From Podarcis gaigeae (lineage: Eukaryota): a DNA stretch of 64,000 nucleotides. The position numbers and the translations under genes were made by a program. Under the pieces are notes generated by a model. That model did no database searches. It was not told where the DNA came from and worked only from the letters and a program-made list of their open reading frames with translations. The DNA lies in the NCBI GenBank assembly GCA_964106915.2, contig OZ066919.1. One strand, given 5' to 3'. Of this stretch, positions 1-12,123 are shown piece after piece; position 1 is the stretch's first letter; each line of letters begins with the position of its first letter.

Positions 1-1132
1 CAAAATGCACAGCTTTTTCTAGATAATGAGCCTAACCTTCTCACTGAAAAATGTAATTTGAGGAATAGACTTTTTTTGAAAGGGGAAGGGGAGGACAGGC
101 TAGCTGAATTATAGATTTTGTTCTTCCACACAGGCAACCTGTAGAGGCATTGGACAGCCCCAATCCTAGTCCTCTATCGGTTAGGCATGAGAATTCCAGC
201 TCTTGAAAGCCAATACTTTTCTTTTTGTGACACCTTAAGGTTTCCCCCCAAAGTTTTTTCATTCTTTTCTTCTGCAAACCTCAGGATTTTCCTGAGCCTG
301 CTGATAACCTTCCTCTACTTCATGGATAGTGCCACTTAAATACATAAGGATCAGCATTCAGAAAATGAGTTTGATATTAGTATTGTTGTAAACTGTGGTG
401 ATGGGTTGAAATTCAGCCCAGTTTTGCTTTTTGGTACAGAAAGATGGAAAGATTGGTTTTCAGAATTTAGAATAGAGAGTTTTTAAGGGTGAAAGGTGAA
501 AGTGGTGATGTTTTGAAGCAGAGCTGGTGATAACAAGCATTTGAGTGATTATCTAACAGTATATACCGTGGTGGTAGTTGAAGAAGAGAGAAGACTGCAG
601 TTCATATCAACCCAGCAAGCTTTGAGCCACTGACCTTTGGATGAAAACTTTTCCTAAAACTATGGTCATATGTATTTTCCTTTGTACTGCCTAAAGCATC
701 GCTATGCCAATGCCAATTAGAATATATTTTCCAAGTAAGTTCCATAAAATACTCTGGCATGTTTGCATATAGTAGAGCCTAATGTGGCCTCCTATAGGAG
801 TGTAGGATTCTCTTTTTCATTTCATTAATTCTTGGTGATGGGGCTTTATTGGCAAACCAAGGGCTGAGTGGTGAGAACAGGCTGCATGAATTGGATAATT
901 AATCTATTATCTCTCTCCGGGCCCATCAGCTGATTTAATTATGCCTCTATGGCAAGCAGAAGTGTTTCTCCATGCAGATAATGGAAATATATGTTGCAAT
1001 TCAACTCCTGCCACCCATTCCTAAGGCATGTATTGTCAAAAATTTCTAAACAATATTTGTCCATTCTAATGGCTCTTCCTTTTATTTTCACACAAAGCCT
1101 TCATATATGTATTTCATTTCTTTGTTCCTTAG

Positions 1133-1234
<102 letters not shown>

Positions 1235-1434
1235 TAATATATTCTTAGTTTATTTTGATATATTTTCATTTTCATTAATATGTATTGTGGGAATTTTTGA
1301 AATTTTATTTTCATCCAATTCAGATCATTTGATGCTTTAAAATAAATCCTGTTTCACTAGAGCAATATGGTTATATTTGCCATTTCTTAAACTCTGGAAG
1401 ACCAGACTCTTGACAAAGGGGGTGGGTGTGCAAG

Positions 1435-1437
<3 letters not shown>

Positions 1438-1477
<40 letters not shown>
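1438..1477. repeat. (TA)n microsatellite
   Basis: About 20 AT units, seen directly. Confidence 0.95.
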
Positions 1478-1480
<3 letters not shown>

Positions 1481-2852
1481 GCATTATAATTCTCTTATCC
1501 TTAGACCTCCCGAAGGATGACTGTAAATTTGCTGCGGGAAAATTTTATGTCATTGCTTGAAACAATCGAAATGGGATGAGTGTGTGCCACATTTCAGTGG
1601 TGAGAGGGAAAATAGATTAAGAACTACACAGACTTTATGTAAATATATATTTCAGATAATTTATAGGAAACAATTTTCTGCTGTTCAAAGCTGTATACGA
1701 TATTACACCCTAAACTACAAATATTTAAAAAACACCAAAAATACATAAAGCCGCCAAGGCCCATATTACAAATGTTATCCATACTGTTAGAATTCCAAAA
1801 AACAAAAAGGCTTTTGTTACTGCCCCAGTGACGATAGGCAAGTCATCCTATGAATTACCCATGTTCCACAGGGTCGCTATTTTCAGGTGGGAGTCAATCA
1901 CATACCTGCTGTTGGAGGTTGCCCAATTAAAGATGATTTGATGCTCTTGCAGAACAAATTGACCTCCCCACACACCAGAAAAAATGGAAAGTGCACTGGA
2001 AAGTATGGAATAACCCTTGCTTGTTGCAATGTCGTCTAGCCTTCCTGCAAACTGTGCAAATCAGGATGAATTCTCAATAAGCAGGTTGTCTGAGAGTAAC
2101 CAAGGAAAATCTATTCCATGTCCTAAGTGCAAGGCAGGGCCTCTCCGGCTGCTTTCAGGGAACAAGGAGAAACTTGATTATGAAGGGTATCAGGATTATC
2201 ATTTAAGCCCAAACTGGCATAAACATAACTGAGATGGAAATGTGCAGCTGCCTTAAGATTCCTTTTACATTATTTCTTCTTAAAGGCTTGGAGGGGGGGA
2301 GGCGTGAATCTGGCATTAACAGTCTGAAAAAAATGAATCTCTCAGCCTGCCATAGAACATAAGTTGAGCTCTAAGCTCAATCCTCGAGACATCTGGATGT
2401 AAGCGGGTTATAAGGCTTTACAATCAGTGTTGGAGAGGTCTGAGGGTAATTGGCTTACAAGGTTGTATGCTTGTTTTTTGCAATACCATGTTGCCATCTA
2501 TTGCCCTATATGCACTATTTATGACCTACCTGTTGGGTTAAATGAGATTTGCCAGCCTCTATGACTCACTTGAGGTGTGACATCCTTAACCTCCTATGGC
2601 TCTGATTCTAACTCTCACAGAATCCCTTCTGCTTAATGTTGACGTTATAAAGGTGTCAGGCTGGAGACAAATAGTTGCTGTTTTCTGAAGCGTTGAGGGT
2701 TGTTAGAAGAAGGTATCACTGCTCATGATGTCCATGTTTTGCAGGAATCTATTCATAGGAGATTTGGTTTATAATGCCTTCAGAATTTATCAACTGGAAG
2801 GCATTGGGAACTACAACTCCTGTGTACTCTGGAGGGAAAGAGTGTCCTAGTC

Positions 2853-2973
2853 CAGGGTTTCCGAAACTTGGGTCTCCAGCTGTTTTTAGACTACAATTCC
2901 CATCATCCCTGACCACAAGTCCTGCTAGCTTGGGATGATGGGAGTTGTAGTCCAAAAACAGTTGGAGAACCAA
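2853..2973. mobile_element. Palindromic hAT-type MITE (gactacaactcccatcatccc family), right end truncated
   Basis: Internal inverted repeat gactacaattcccatcatccc...gggatgatgggagttgtagtc; same family as 30931 and 33706. Confidence 0.75.
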
Positions 2974-3316
2974 CTGGCAGAAAATCTATTACAAGCCAAG
3001 CCCGGACTTTGCAGAACATTTGGGCTCAGTTGATAGTCAAACCAGGATTTCTGACATGGGGAAGTTTACTGCTTCAGTTATGAAGCCCTGGTTCAAATGG
3101 CATGCTAAACCAAAGCAAACATTGCTTAGCACAGTGCAGCAGCAAAAAGATCCAGGGAAGATCAAAGGAGCAACGTGCTAACTCCAAGGTATGAATCAAA
3201 CTAGTGATTCACAGCACTTTCTAGTGACAGATGAACTCACAGGAAAAGTACTTGCCCCCCCCCCTTTAAAATTGACATAAGTTTCTATTAGGACATGGGG
3301 TTTTTTTATTATGGTA

Positions 3317-3558
3317 CAGTCGTACCTTGGTTTTTGAACAGTTTCGTTCACAAACAACTTGGAACTCAAACATCGCAAACCCGGAAGTAGCTGTTCCGGT
3401 TTATGAACTTTGCCTTGGAAGTCGAATGTCCAGTGCGACTTCCAATTGGCTGCAGGATGCTCCTGCAGCCAATCGGAAGCCATACCTTAGTTTCTGAATG
3501 TTTCGGACGTCGAACGAACATCCGGAATGCATTCTGTTCAAAAACCAAGGTACAACTT
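3317..3558. mobile_element. Tc1/mariner (Tigger-like) MITE
   Basis: Left TA followed by TIR cagtcgtaccttggtttttgaac; right TIR gttcaaaaaccaaggtacaact; internal palindrome ttccaattggctgcagga..tcctgcagccaatcggaa. The right TA is lost next to a (CA)n run. Confidence 0.8.
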
Positions 3559-5043
3559 CACACACACACACACACACAAACACAATATTTCAGGCATGAG
3601 ATCCCCATTGTGGAAAGAAGAAGACTTGATATAATTGACCCATCACATCTTCAGATCCTGAACCAATCCATATTTGAAAGACTTTAAGACTTCTAAACAT
3701 GGGTTAGCAATTGGATTGTCCCATTCAGTACATAATTATATATGACTCAAGATGATTGAAAGGAGTCAGCTAAATTGGTCTAGGATGGCAGCCTTAGTTG
3801 GTTGACTCTGCACATTAAAGAAGGAAGGATGCTTAATGGTAACTGCTGCTACAGGTGACGTGTCTAGAAAAATACACATGATGCCAGGGTCAGTTATTAT
3901 ATGACCCAAACAAGCCCTGTGAAAACAGCAGGCTTGGTCCATGAAATGAATACCTATTAAGGAATCTGGTTTTTACAGCAGCAAGGACATCCATTAAATG
4001 GGTTCCCATTTGTTCCCCTCTGAGCTATATTTTGCTTTCAAATGCTTTTGAAGTTTACTGTGGAACCTGATATATTGTGAGTCTTGCCAGGCTCCCTGGG
4101 AATGGAGACATTGTTTTCAATGAAGTCTTTCTTGGTTGAAATCAGTGGAGGAAACTAAACAAAGAGGTTTTGAAGGCTGTCGTCCAAATCAAGCATGGAA
4201 GAAATAGTATCTAAGAACATCTGCAGAAAGGTTCAACAGGAAGGAGAAGGGTTTATATGTCCCCATTGTCCAAACTCTTGTATGCAAGTACAAATCTTGC
4301 TTGACCTTGCCCAAAGTACTTCTGTTATGCTTTCGGTTTCATGCTGGCTAGTACTATTTACTAATATCTGGAGATATTAGTATCTGGAGTCACTAAATCA
4401 AAAAAGGAGGAGGAGTTTACTCAGCAATCTTTTCAAAAGTGATCTTGATCCACAGTTTGTATGTCCTTAGTCTAGCAAACCTTAACAATCTGAGATATAA
4501 GATATTGCTCTGAACGTTTGGGGGAGAGGGAGCCAAATACTCTTCAGATGCGTCAGAATATTGTATATGGAGCATGGATATCCAAATTAAAATGCTTTGT
4601 AAAAGGTTGGGAGATAGAGAGTAAAATCAGTAATATGAATGCACATCTTTAAACAGAGGTTTAGTATCGTAACTAAAACCTACTAATCCTGAAAATCAGA
4701 GTCATGAGTAAAGTTTGACTGATCCCTCAATTCAGATTGCAAGTATCAAAGCTGCATTCATGTTAGTGGTTTGCCTCTAACTATATCTGGACACACTATC
4801 ACTATTAGGTTTGCACTTTACCAGTAGTTGGTTTGGTATTAAATTACTGCTGGAATATTCAAGTATCAGGGGAACCAACAGTAAAGGATCAGCATAAACT
4901 ATTCTTAAGCATAGAACAATATGCTTGTCTACCTAGGCAAAAATAGTTGCACTGGTGATCATTTTCAAAGTCAGGATGCTTCATTCTCCCTTGCTCAAAC
5001 AAGAAAATATGAGGCCAAAGCAGCAAATAGAAACAACTATGAC

Positions 5044-5045
<2 letters not shown>

Positions 5046-5081
<36 letters not shown>
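5046..5081. repeat. (CA)n microsatellite
   Basis: Seen directly. Confidence 0.95.
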
Positions 5082-5083
<2 letters not shown>

Positions 5084-5317
5084 GAAGTTGTAGTTTGGAC
5101 AGTGTGAAAGTGATTAAGATATTTGGAGAAGTAGGTGATAATGGACCTGCTCCTTTTACAAAGCAAATTGACCTAATAGCTTTAATTTTATTATCAAAAC
5201 ATTCTCTCATTTCTGCCATATGACTTCTGTGCTATGAATTCTTTCCTTTTAAGGATTATGTATGCATACATTTAAAAAAATCCCAAGTATTCTGGCATAT
5301 TAACTACTAATATATTC

Positions 5318-5430
5318 ATAGTCCAAAAAAGTTTATAAATTTATGCTATAATGAATTGTTTGTCTTTAAGGTGCCACGTCTCTTAGCTGTTTTTGCTGCA
5401 ACAGGCTAAAATATCTACCCCTCTGAAAAT
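5318..5430 (+). mobile_element. Old Penelope-like terminal remnant
   Basis: ttatgctataatgaattgtttgtctttaaggtgccac...gctgcaacaggctaa...cccctctgaaaat resembles both arms of the element at 26541-27257. Confidence 0.6.
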
Positions 5431-6854
5431 TGTTTTATGTTTAAAGTAGAGGTGGGTAGCCTGTGGCGCTGAGAAGATGGCAAGCAGAAAGAAAATGGGA
5501 GGGGGGCACAATGATAAAGTGAAGGGTATGCCCTGTCCTCTTCTGGTCTCACTTCCATCCACCACTCGTCCTGGCCCTTTCCACCACTGGCAGATACCCC
5601 CTGAAAAAATGTGGTACTTGACACACACAAAATAAGGTTCACCCCTCCTGCGCTTGTTTAAAGAGTAGAAATTGTGGTGGAGGATTTTTTTGTTATTATG
5701 AGAACCCAGAGATATGTTGAGATATGGACAGGGACTAAAGCAGCTGGTTGTAAGCTCTTACCTTCACTTTGACCAGGGTTCAGTGCCTACCCAGCCAAAT
5801 AAGCTCCTGGCAGAGATGGCTTCAGTTTCATAGCTCGGTTGCATTTTGCCAGCCCTGAGTACTTTAGTACCCAGAAAAGACATTTACATTTTGTAGTACA
5901 GGGATGGAAAACTCTACTACTAAGCCTCAAAATGTTGATGAACACACCTTACATTCAGGCTGTACTGTTCTGAAAGTCTCCATTGGTCTGAACTACACAT
6001 TCAAGCCATGCAACTCCTCTTCAGGTATTCAGTCTGCATGCACGAGAGCAAAAAGTGTGTTGGAGGCTGGGCAGCCCCACCTCAGGGTCTTAACATGATT
6101 AGAAGACTCCTCACAATTGGGAATCCTGAAAATGTAGGTTTCCAGATCACAGAAAGGCTTCTAAGCACATTCAGCTAAACACACTTACAAGCCCTTTTCC
6201 AATTTTTTGTCTAAAGTTTTTGTCTAAAGTTAGCAGTGAAGGGAATGATACATAACTCTCTGCCCTCTCATGCTCAGACCAGATACCTGAAGATAGCTGA
6301 AGAATACAATCTGGACAAGTCTTTATTTTTTCATTTATTCCAGTTTTCTTCCATCATTGGCATTCATGCTAGTTTAACAAAATCTCATAAAAACTTCCAT
6401 ATAATAAAAACATAAAACATATAAAATCAGAGAGCATGCCATTATGCATAAATGGCAACAATAAAAGGACCAGTTTAATCATTAACAGTTGACAGAGTAA
6501 CCCAAAACACATCCACAAAAAAAGCAGTGTGAGTAAACAGGACAGGCTTTGCTTGATGCATTTATGATTCCTGCAAAAGGGCCAGGCAGGTTTCCTTTGG
6601 AAAGGGGTTGCAAAGTCAGGGCACAACCACAGAAAAGGCCCTGTTTTCAGTAGTCACCCATCTAACATTGGCAGATGAGGGTACCCAGTAAAAGCCTAAG
6701 ATGGCCATTTCACCTGGTGGGCAGATTTGTATCTGGGTCAGTACAAGCATCAGTTCACACCTTCCAGCAATGTGAGCAGGTGTATCTCCTTTGATCTGTC
6801 AGGTGTGGGCTGTCTCCCACTCTCTGCTCATGCTCCCAATCTCTGTCTCCACAG

Positions 6855-7054
6855 TTCACCTGTACAAATGTGCAGCCCAGCGGGAAAGTTGTGGGTTGTG
6901 CCTGAAAGCAGATCAGAAATTTGAGTGTGGCTGGTGCACTGGAGAAGGGAGGTGTACTCTGCGTCAGCACTGCCCCTCTCCTATTGGTGGATGGGGAAGG
7001 TGGCTCGACTGGTCAAGCAGGAATGTCAAATGCTCCAACCCACGAATCACTGAG
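6855..7054 (+). CDS. PLXNA2: Plexin-A2 internal coding exon (PSI domain to start of IPT), 200 bp
   Basis: Acceptor ctccacag|TT and donor GAG|gtaaag. Translates (V)[66 protein letters not shown], matching recalled plexin-A2 sequence. Confidence 0.95.
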
Positions 7055-7204
7055 GTAAAGATATTTAAATCAATTGGATTTTCTTCCTATTCCATTCACT
7101 TCTTTGCTTGTTTACTTGATTTATCTTTCTATTTTTAAGACAACCCCCCTTTTTTGTATATTACAACTACCTTAATATGCATGTTTCAATAATGTATAAT
7201 GATC

Positions 7205-7330
7205 AGGAAGAGGCTTTTTCAGTGGTGACACCCTGGCTCTGAAATGCCCTTTCCAGAGACACTTACCTGATGCCTCGTTTGATATCCTTTCAGCACAGGG
7301 CAAAGACCTTTTAATTCTGTCAGGTCTTTC
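7205..7330 (+). mobile_element. L2 LINE 3' remnant
   Basis: gaggctttttcagtggtgacaccctggctctgaaatgccctt parallels the 3' part of the L2 fragment at about 9.8 kb. Confidence 0.55.
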
Positions 7331-8899
7331 CATCTATTTTATTGCCAGTTTAAACCGGTTTTATCTCTACCATGGAATTTTAGGCTGATGTTACATTTTC
7401 ATGGATTTTTAAAAATCCATTTCCTGTATTTGATGATTACCCATGCGGAGATACTTTTAAAGTAAGGGAAGTAAACACCCAAAATAAGTAAATGAATAAG
7501 CTCTACAGAAAAGAGACCCATTTGTCTGCTTTTTCTCCGCCTGCCTGATCAGTGTGTCTCCTCCTCCCACCACCACTTAGCAAGTGATGATCTGGGGACT
7601 CCACAGAGGGCATATTGATCCCACCCCTCCTCCATCCCCCCAAAAACTTGGCAGAACCACCACTTAATTCCACTGTTTCACTTCCATGCACTTAGGAATT
7701 ACCTGTTCCTGGTTCCACCTGGTTTGTCCCGATATAACATGTTCTCCTTGTTACATAAAAGTGGGAAATAAAGTGGTATGTGATTTCCTATTAAATTAAT
7801 TGTGCAGCATCTGTGCTTCACGGCCAACATGCACTTTTACTGGCCTTGATCACCTACTCTCGGTTGTCAGGCTCAGACATCAGTATGAGGGTGTCCTCCC
7901 TGCCCTTCGGCAGGCACACTAATTAAAACAAGGAAGTAATTAGTCCGTAATTGATTTCTCTGGATTGCAGGCCAGTGCAGGGGGCAATAGTCTTATGAAA
8001 ACTTTGTTCTCTCTGATGCTGTCATTGGTAGAAACTGACAATGTTTAGCAGTAGCTTTCAGTAGTGAAACTACAGACTGAGATAATCACTGGTCCTCTGC
8101 TTATTGATTCCAGACACTGAGCTTCCTTTATTCATTACCTTGATATTTATACCAATGCTACTTCAAAATTTCAGAATTGTGTAACTTACCAGAGAAAGCC
8201 TTAGAGCAGTGCCAGAACTTGTAGCAATAAAAGCATTACCCAGTTAAAGACCATAGTAAAAAAAAAAAAAAAATTAATTAAAATGCCCTGTCAAATAAGT
8301 ATTCTTAATGTTCTAGTTAATTCAAATTTGGTGTATAACAGAGGCAGAACAATCTCTACTTAACTTCTGACCAGAGATTATATAGAATTAGTTCAGCCTT
8401 GTAAACAGAGCCATAAAAATTACTAGCCTGCAAACAACTTTACTAGCCTGTGGGGGGCTGATGAAGCAGGCACCGAGAGCTCTTACCCTCCTCTAGCAGA
8501 TCACTGCATGTTCAGCCTCCTCTTCAAGCCTGCTCACTTGCCTGCATAGAATTACATGTGCTAGCCTGTATTCAGTACCTTGTTTGTGGCTACTAGGCAG
8601 ATGCTTATGTAGAAGGCTGAGTTTGTTACAGGAAAAGATTTTGGCAGGGACTGTCTTACTGTTGATCTTTGTAAGTCACTCTGGGAGCCTTTTTAGCTAA
8701 AGAGCTCTGTAAAAATGCTATAAATAGAGAGCTAGATTCAGTATCAGCCTCATTGCAGAACTGCAGGAGTAGTAACTTGGTTCTTTAGTGTTAATGTTAT
8801 AACGTCCGGAAGTTTGCCATAGAGAATTTTGCCATAGAGAATTTACTTCACCAGGGATTAAGCTCGGCCAAATTTCAGGGAGAAAATATAATGAAGACT

Positions 8900-9093
8900 G
8901 GCTTGTTGGTGGCAGTTTTAGAATTTTGCATTGCACTCTAAGGGTGACGTTAGTCCCCCTCCCCTTTCCAAAACATGCTTTAGATTTTTCTCAGATGGCT
9001 TGTTGGTGGCAGTTTTAGAATTTTGCATTGCACTCTAAGGGTGACGTTAGTCCCCCTCCCCTTTCCAAAACATGCTTTAGATTTTTCTCAGAT
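8900..9093. repeat. Perfect 97-bp tandem duplication (2 copies)
   Basis: 8900-8996 is identical to 8997-9093. Confidence 0.95.
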
Positions 9094-9519
9094 CATAAAA
9101 CATACTTGGGCAGTTTAGATTTTATTAAATATTCATGCATTTTGGAGGAGGTTTGCTTTTCATTAGTTTGGTGAAATCCATTGTGTCTTTTACAGGGTCC
9201 TCATTTTAATCAACAGGAAATTATTTAAGGGCAAGTTACGCATATTGTATAGTGCTTTATGGTGGTTCACCTTGCCACAAATGGCAAATGCATCAGGAAG
9301 GAAGTAGCTTGAAGAAGCAGAGGCAGAAGGCCAAAACAGATGTGATGTGGGAAATCCTTGTTTATAAAATGCTATATGTGTTTTAATTCATATATTGATT
9401 AACTATGATTCTTACTATTAATACCATTTAATACTTATATAGTATTAAGAAAATTAAATATATTAATTGATGTGGAGTGAATCCACCATAAGGAAGGGGG
9501 TTAACTGGTAACCCCTAGG

Positions 9520-9950
9520 TTAGATTTGCTGAAGGCAGTTCAGAAACTTCAGCTGGTTCAGCAGCTAGGTTGCTTATGGGGACAAGATAGTGAGAATATA
9601 ACACCAATCCTGTCCCGACTTCACCGGCTGCCAGTTAGTTTCCAGGCCCAATTCAATTTGCTGGCTTTGACATATAAAGCCTTAAATGGCTCAGGATTGC
9701 AATTCCTCAAGGATTGCCTGTCCCCATGTGAACTGACCCAGACCCTGCAATCATCATCTGAGGTCCTTCTTTGTGTGCCTCCTCCATGAGAAGTCCAGAG
9801 GGCAACACAAGAATAGGCCTTATCTGCAGTGGCCCCATGTGGAATGTTCTCCCCAGAGAGGCATTGCCTGGGGATTACATATCTTTAGGTACCAGGCAAA
9901 CGTATTCCTCTTTTCCCAGGCCTTTGGCTAATTAAACAATCTATGGCCTT
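9520..9950 (+). mobile_element. Degenerate L2 (CR1/L2 group) LINE ORF2 C-terminal fragment
   Basis: Translation KLQLVQ...ITPILSRLHRLPVSFQAQFNLLALTYKALNG resembles the L2 motif HITPxLxxLHWLPV...FKxLxLTYKAL. Confidence 0.85.
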
Positions 9951-10173
9951 TTGATTGCCTGGATGGAGGATATGTGTATAAAAATCTCTGATTTAACACA
10001 ACTGGGTTTAGTCTGCTGCACAAACATATGAGTCACATCCATGGCTCCACACATGTTTTGTCCTTTGTCCCATCTGCCTTGTGACCCCCCAGAGAGTGGT
10101 CCACAAGAGGCCATTCCGGGGGTAAAAAGGTTCCCCATTCCTGACATAGATAATGATGTCTCCTTGTTTCAAG

Positions 10174-10312
10174 CATAGAATCATAGACTTGTAGAGTTGG
10201 AAGAGACCACAAGGCTCATCTAGTCCAATGCCCTGCCATGCAGGAATCTTTTGCCCAATGTGGAGCTCAAACCCACGACCCTGAAATTAAGAATCTACCG
10301 ACTGAGCTATCC
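10174..10312 (-). mobile_element. tRNA-Lys-derived SINE with CR1-type 3' tail
   Basis: Minus strand reads ggatagctcagtcggtag...cagggtcgtgggtttgagc...ttggactagatga...ttccaactctac...tatgattctatg. Confidence 0.75.
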
Positions 10313-11549
10313 CAGCATCTATGTAATTATCTTTGTAATTATTAACATGGTTATTATGGTAGCCCTTCCTTGTGGCAACACAGTGGCCACATAGTGCAGG
10401 AACAGATTAGAAGGCAAGCTCTTTCGTGCCAATCTCTTAAAAGCCAATGAAGTGAAAGAGAGAGACTTCAGAGCTGAGGAACTGAGAGTTTATGCAAACC
10501 AACAAGACTAATTAAGACGGGGGCTTGCAGCACCATTATGTTATAAGAAAGATACTGCTCCCTTTCCTATATGGGGTATCCAAGAGCCCATATAGAGTCC
10601 TTAAGTAGGTTCTCTATCGGTAGGAAAAAATAACAGAGGCCAAACAGAGAATACTGAGAAGCAAAGCAGCTAGTAAGCATGATCTTTATTAAACTGTTGC
10701 AACAAGGTCCCCCACTCCCCCCATGCAGGGTGGAAGGAGAGGAACTCAGAACAATGGTGTGCAAGGTCTTACATAGACTTTTTGAAATTCCCTTCCCTGT
10801 AGCTGAAGACCACCCCCCCCAAAAAAAAACATACATACATACATACATACATACATGGGGGGGGCAGTCTACAGCAGAAAAACCTGTCTGTCAGGATACG
10901 TGATAATGGTCAACCATTGCTCAACCTGGGCAGTCTGGCCATTCTTTTGTGATGGTAAATACTTTAGTTCCCAAATCTCTTACATAAATTGATAGTTTGC
11001 TCAGCTTAACAGATACTTGGCAGACTGTACACTATACTTATGCACATATGTTTGCCTTGTACATTTATGAACATTTGTTTTATATATATATAATGAGATT
11101 CCTGACCTTAGGATTCCTAGAACAATTGCAAAGAACATTTGGCTGTGGAGTGGTCAGTAAGTACTGCAAGATGTTTCCTTTTTGCTCATTCTGCAGAGCA
11201 GTGGCTGAACAAATGGCTGGAATGGCTACTTGAACAGAATATTCTTTTCACCACTTTCCCCACATTCCTCATTAAGCTCCCTTGAATCACTCCTCACCCT
11301 CTTTATGGGTTGTTAGTTAAAAAAAACAACTCCTAGTGCTTCAGTTTATTACTTTTTGACAAGAAATGGTACCTATTTATTCTAAGTAAATGAGTCTCAA
11401 TTAACTTCACTCAATCATCCCCAAATCCCAACTTGAGTGCTCTTGTGAAAGCACATACTGTTTATATGTCACACAGAGACACCAGTCAACACTAAAAAGC
11501 CCCATCAGCTCACTTGTTGAATGAGATCCTGCAACATCTGCAGCAGCCT

Positions 11550-11657
11550 TGTTTTGGACTACAGCTGCCATCACTCTTAGCCAACATGGCCAAAGGTCAG
11601 GGATGATGGGAGTTGTAGTCCAAAACATCTGAAGGGCCCCAGGGTAGGGAAGTTGAT
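11550..11657. mobile_element. Diverged palindromic hAT-type MITE
   Basis: tgttttggactacagctgccatca...gatggg agttgtagtccaaaaca inverted core. Confidence 0.65.
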
Positions 11658-12069
11658 CTATAGTACATCTTTTGCCATTGCTTGAGGTGGAGACTGAAGA
11701 GGAAATGGTTGCAAAAACTCAAATGTGTACATGGAACTGAGACACACATGCCAAGGATACTAAAATGGCAGGAAGAAAAATCTAGGATAATTGAAATAAC
11801 TGATTTTAAATGAAAATGATACTTTGTGGAGAAAATGAGTATTAGATAGACCAAAATGGGTGTTGGGTATAGATCAAATGCATTTCCAGAGAAATACCAC
11901 ACTAAGTCCTGGTATCAATTTTGTTGCTGTTAAGCTTCCTCGGGAGCTCTGGGAGGGGGGGAGTGACAAGTAGCAACTGATGACTTAGGACTTCCTGGCT
12001 CCAAGTGTTTCCTTCAGATGGTTGTTAGTTTCATAAGCAAAGTGGTTCAGTCTTTGTTTCTCTATGTTC

Positions 12070-12123
12070 TTGTTTGTTTGTTTGTTTGTTTGTTTGTTTG
12101 TTTGGTTGGTTGTTTGTTTGTTT
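12070..12123. repeat. (GTTT)n microsatellite
   Basis: Seen directly. Confidence 0.9.
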
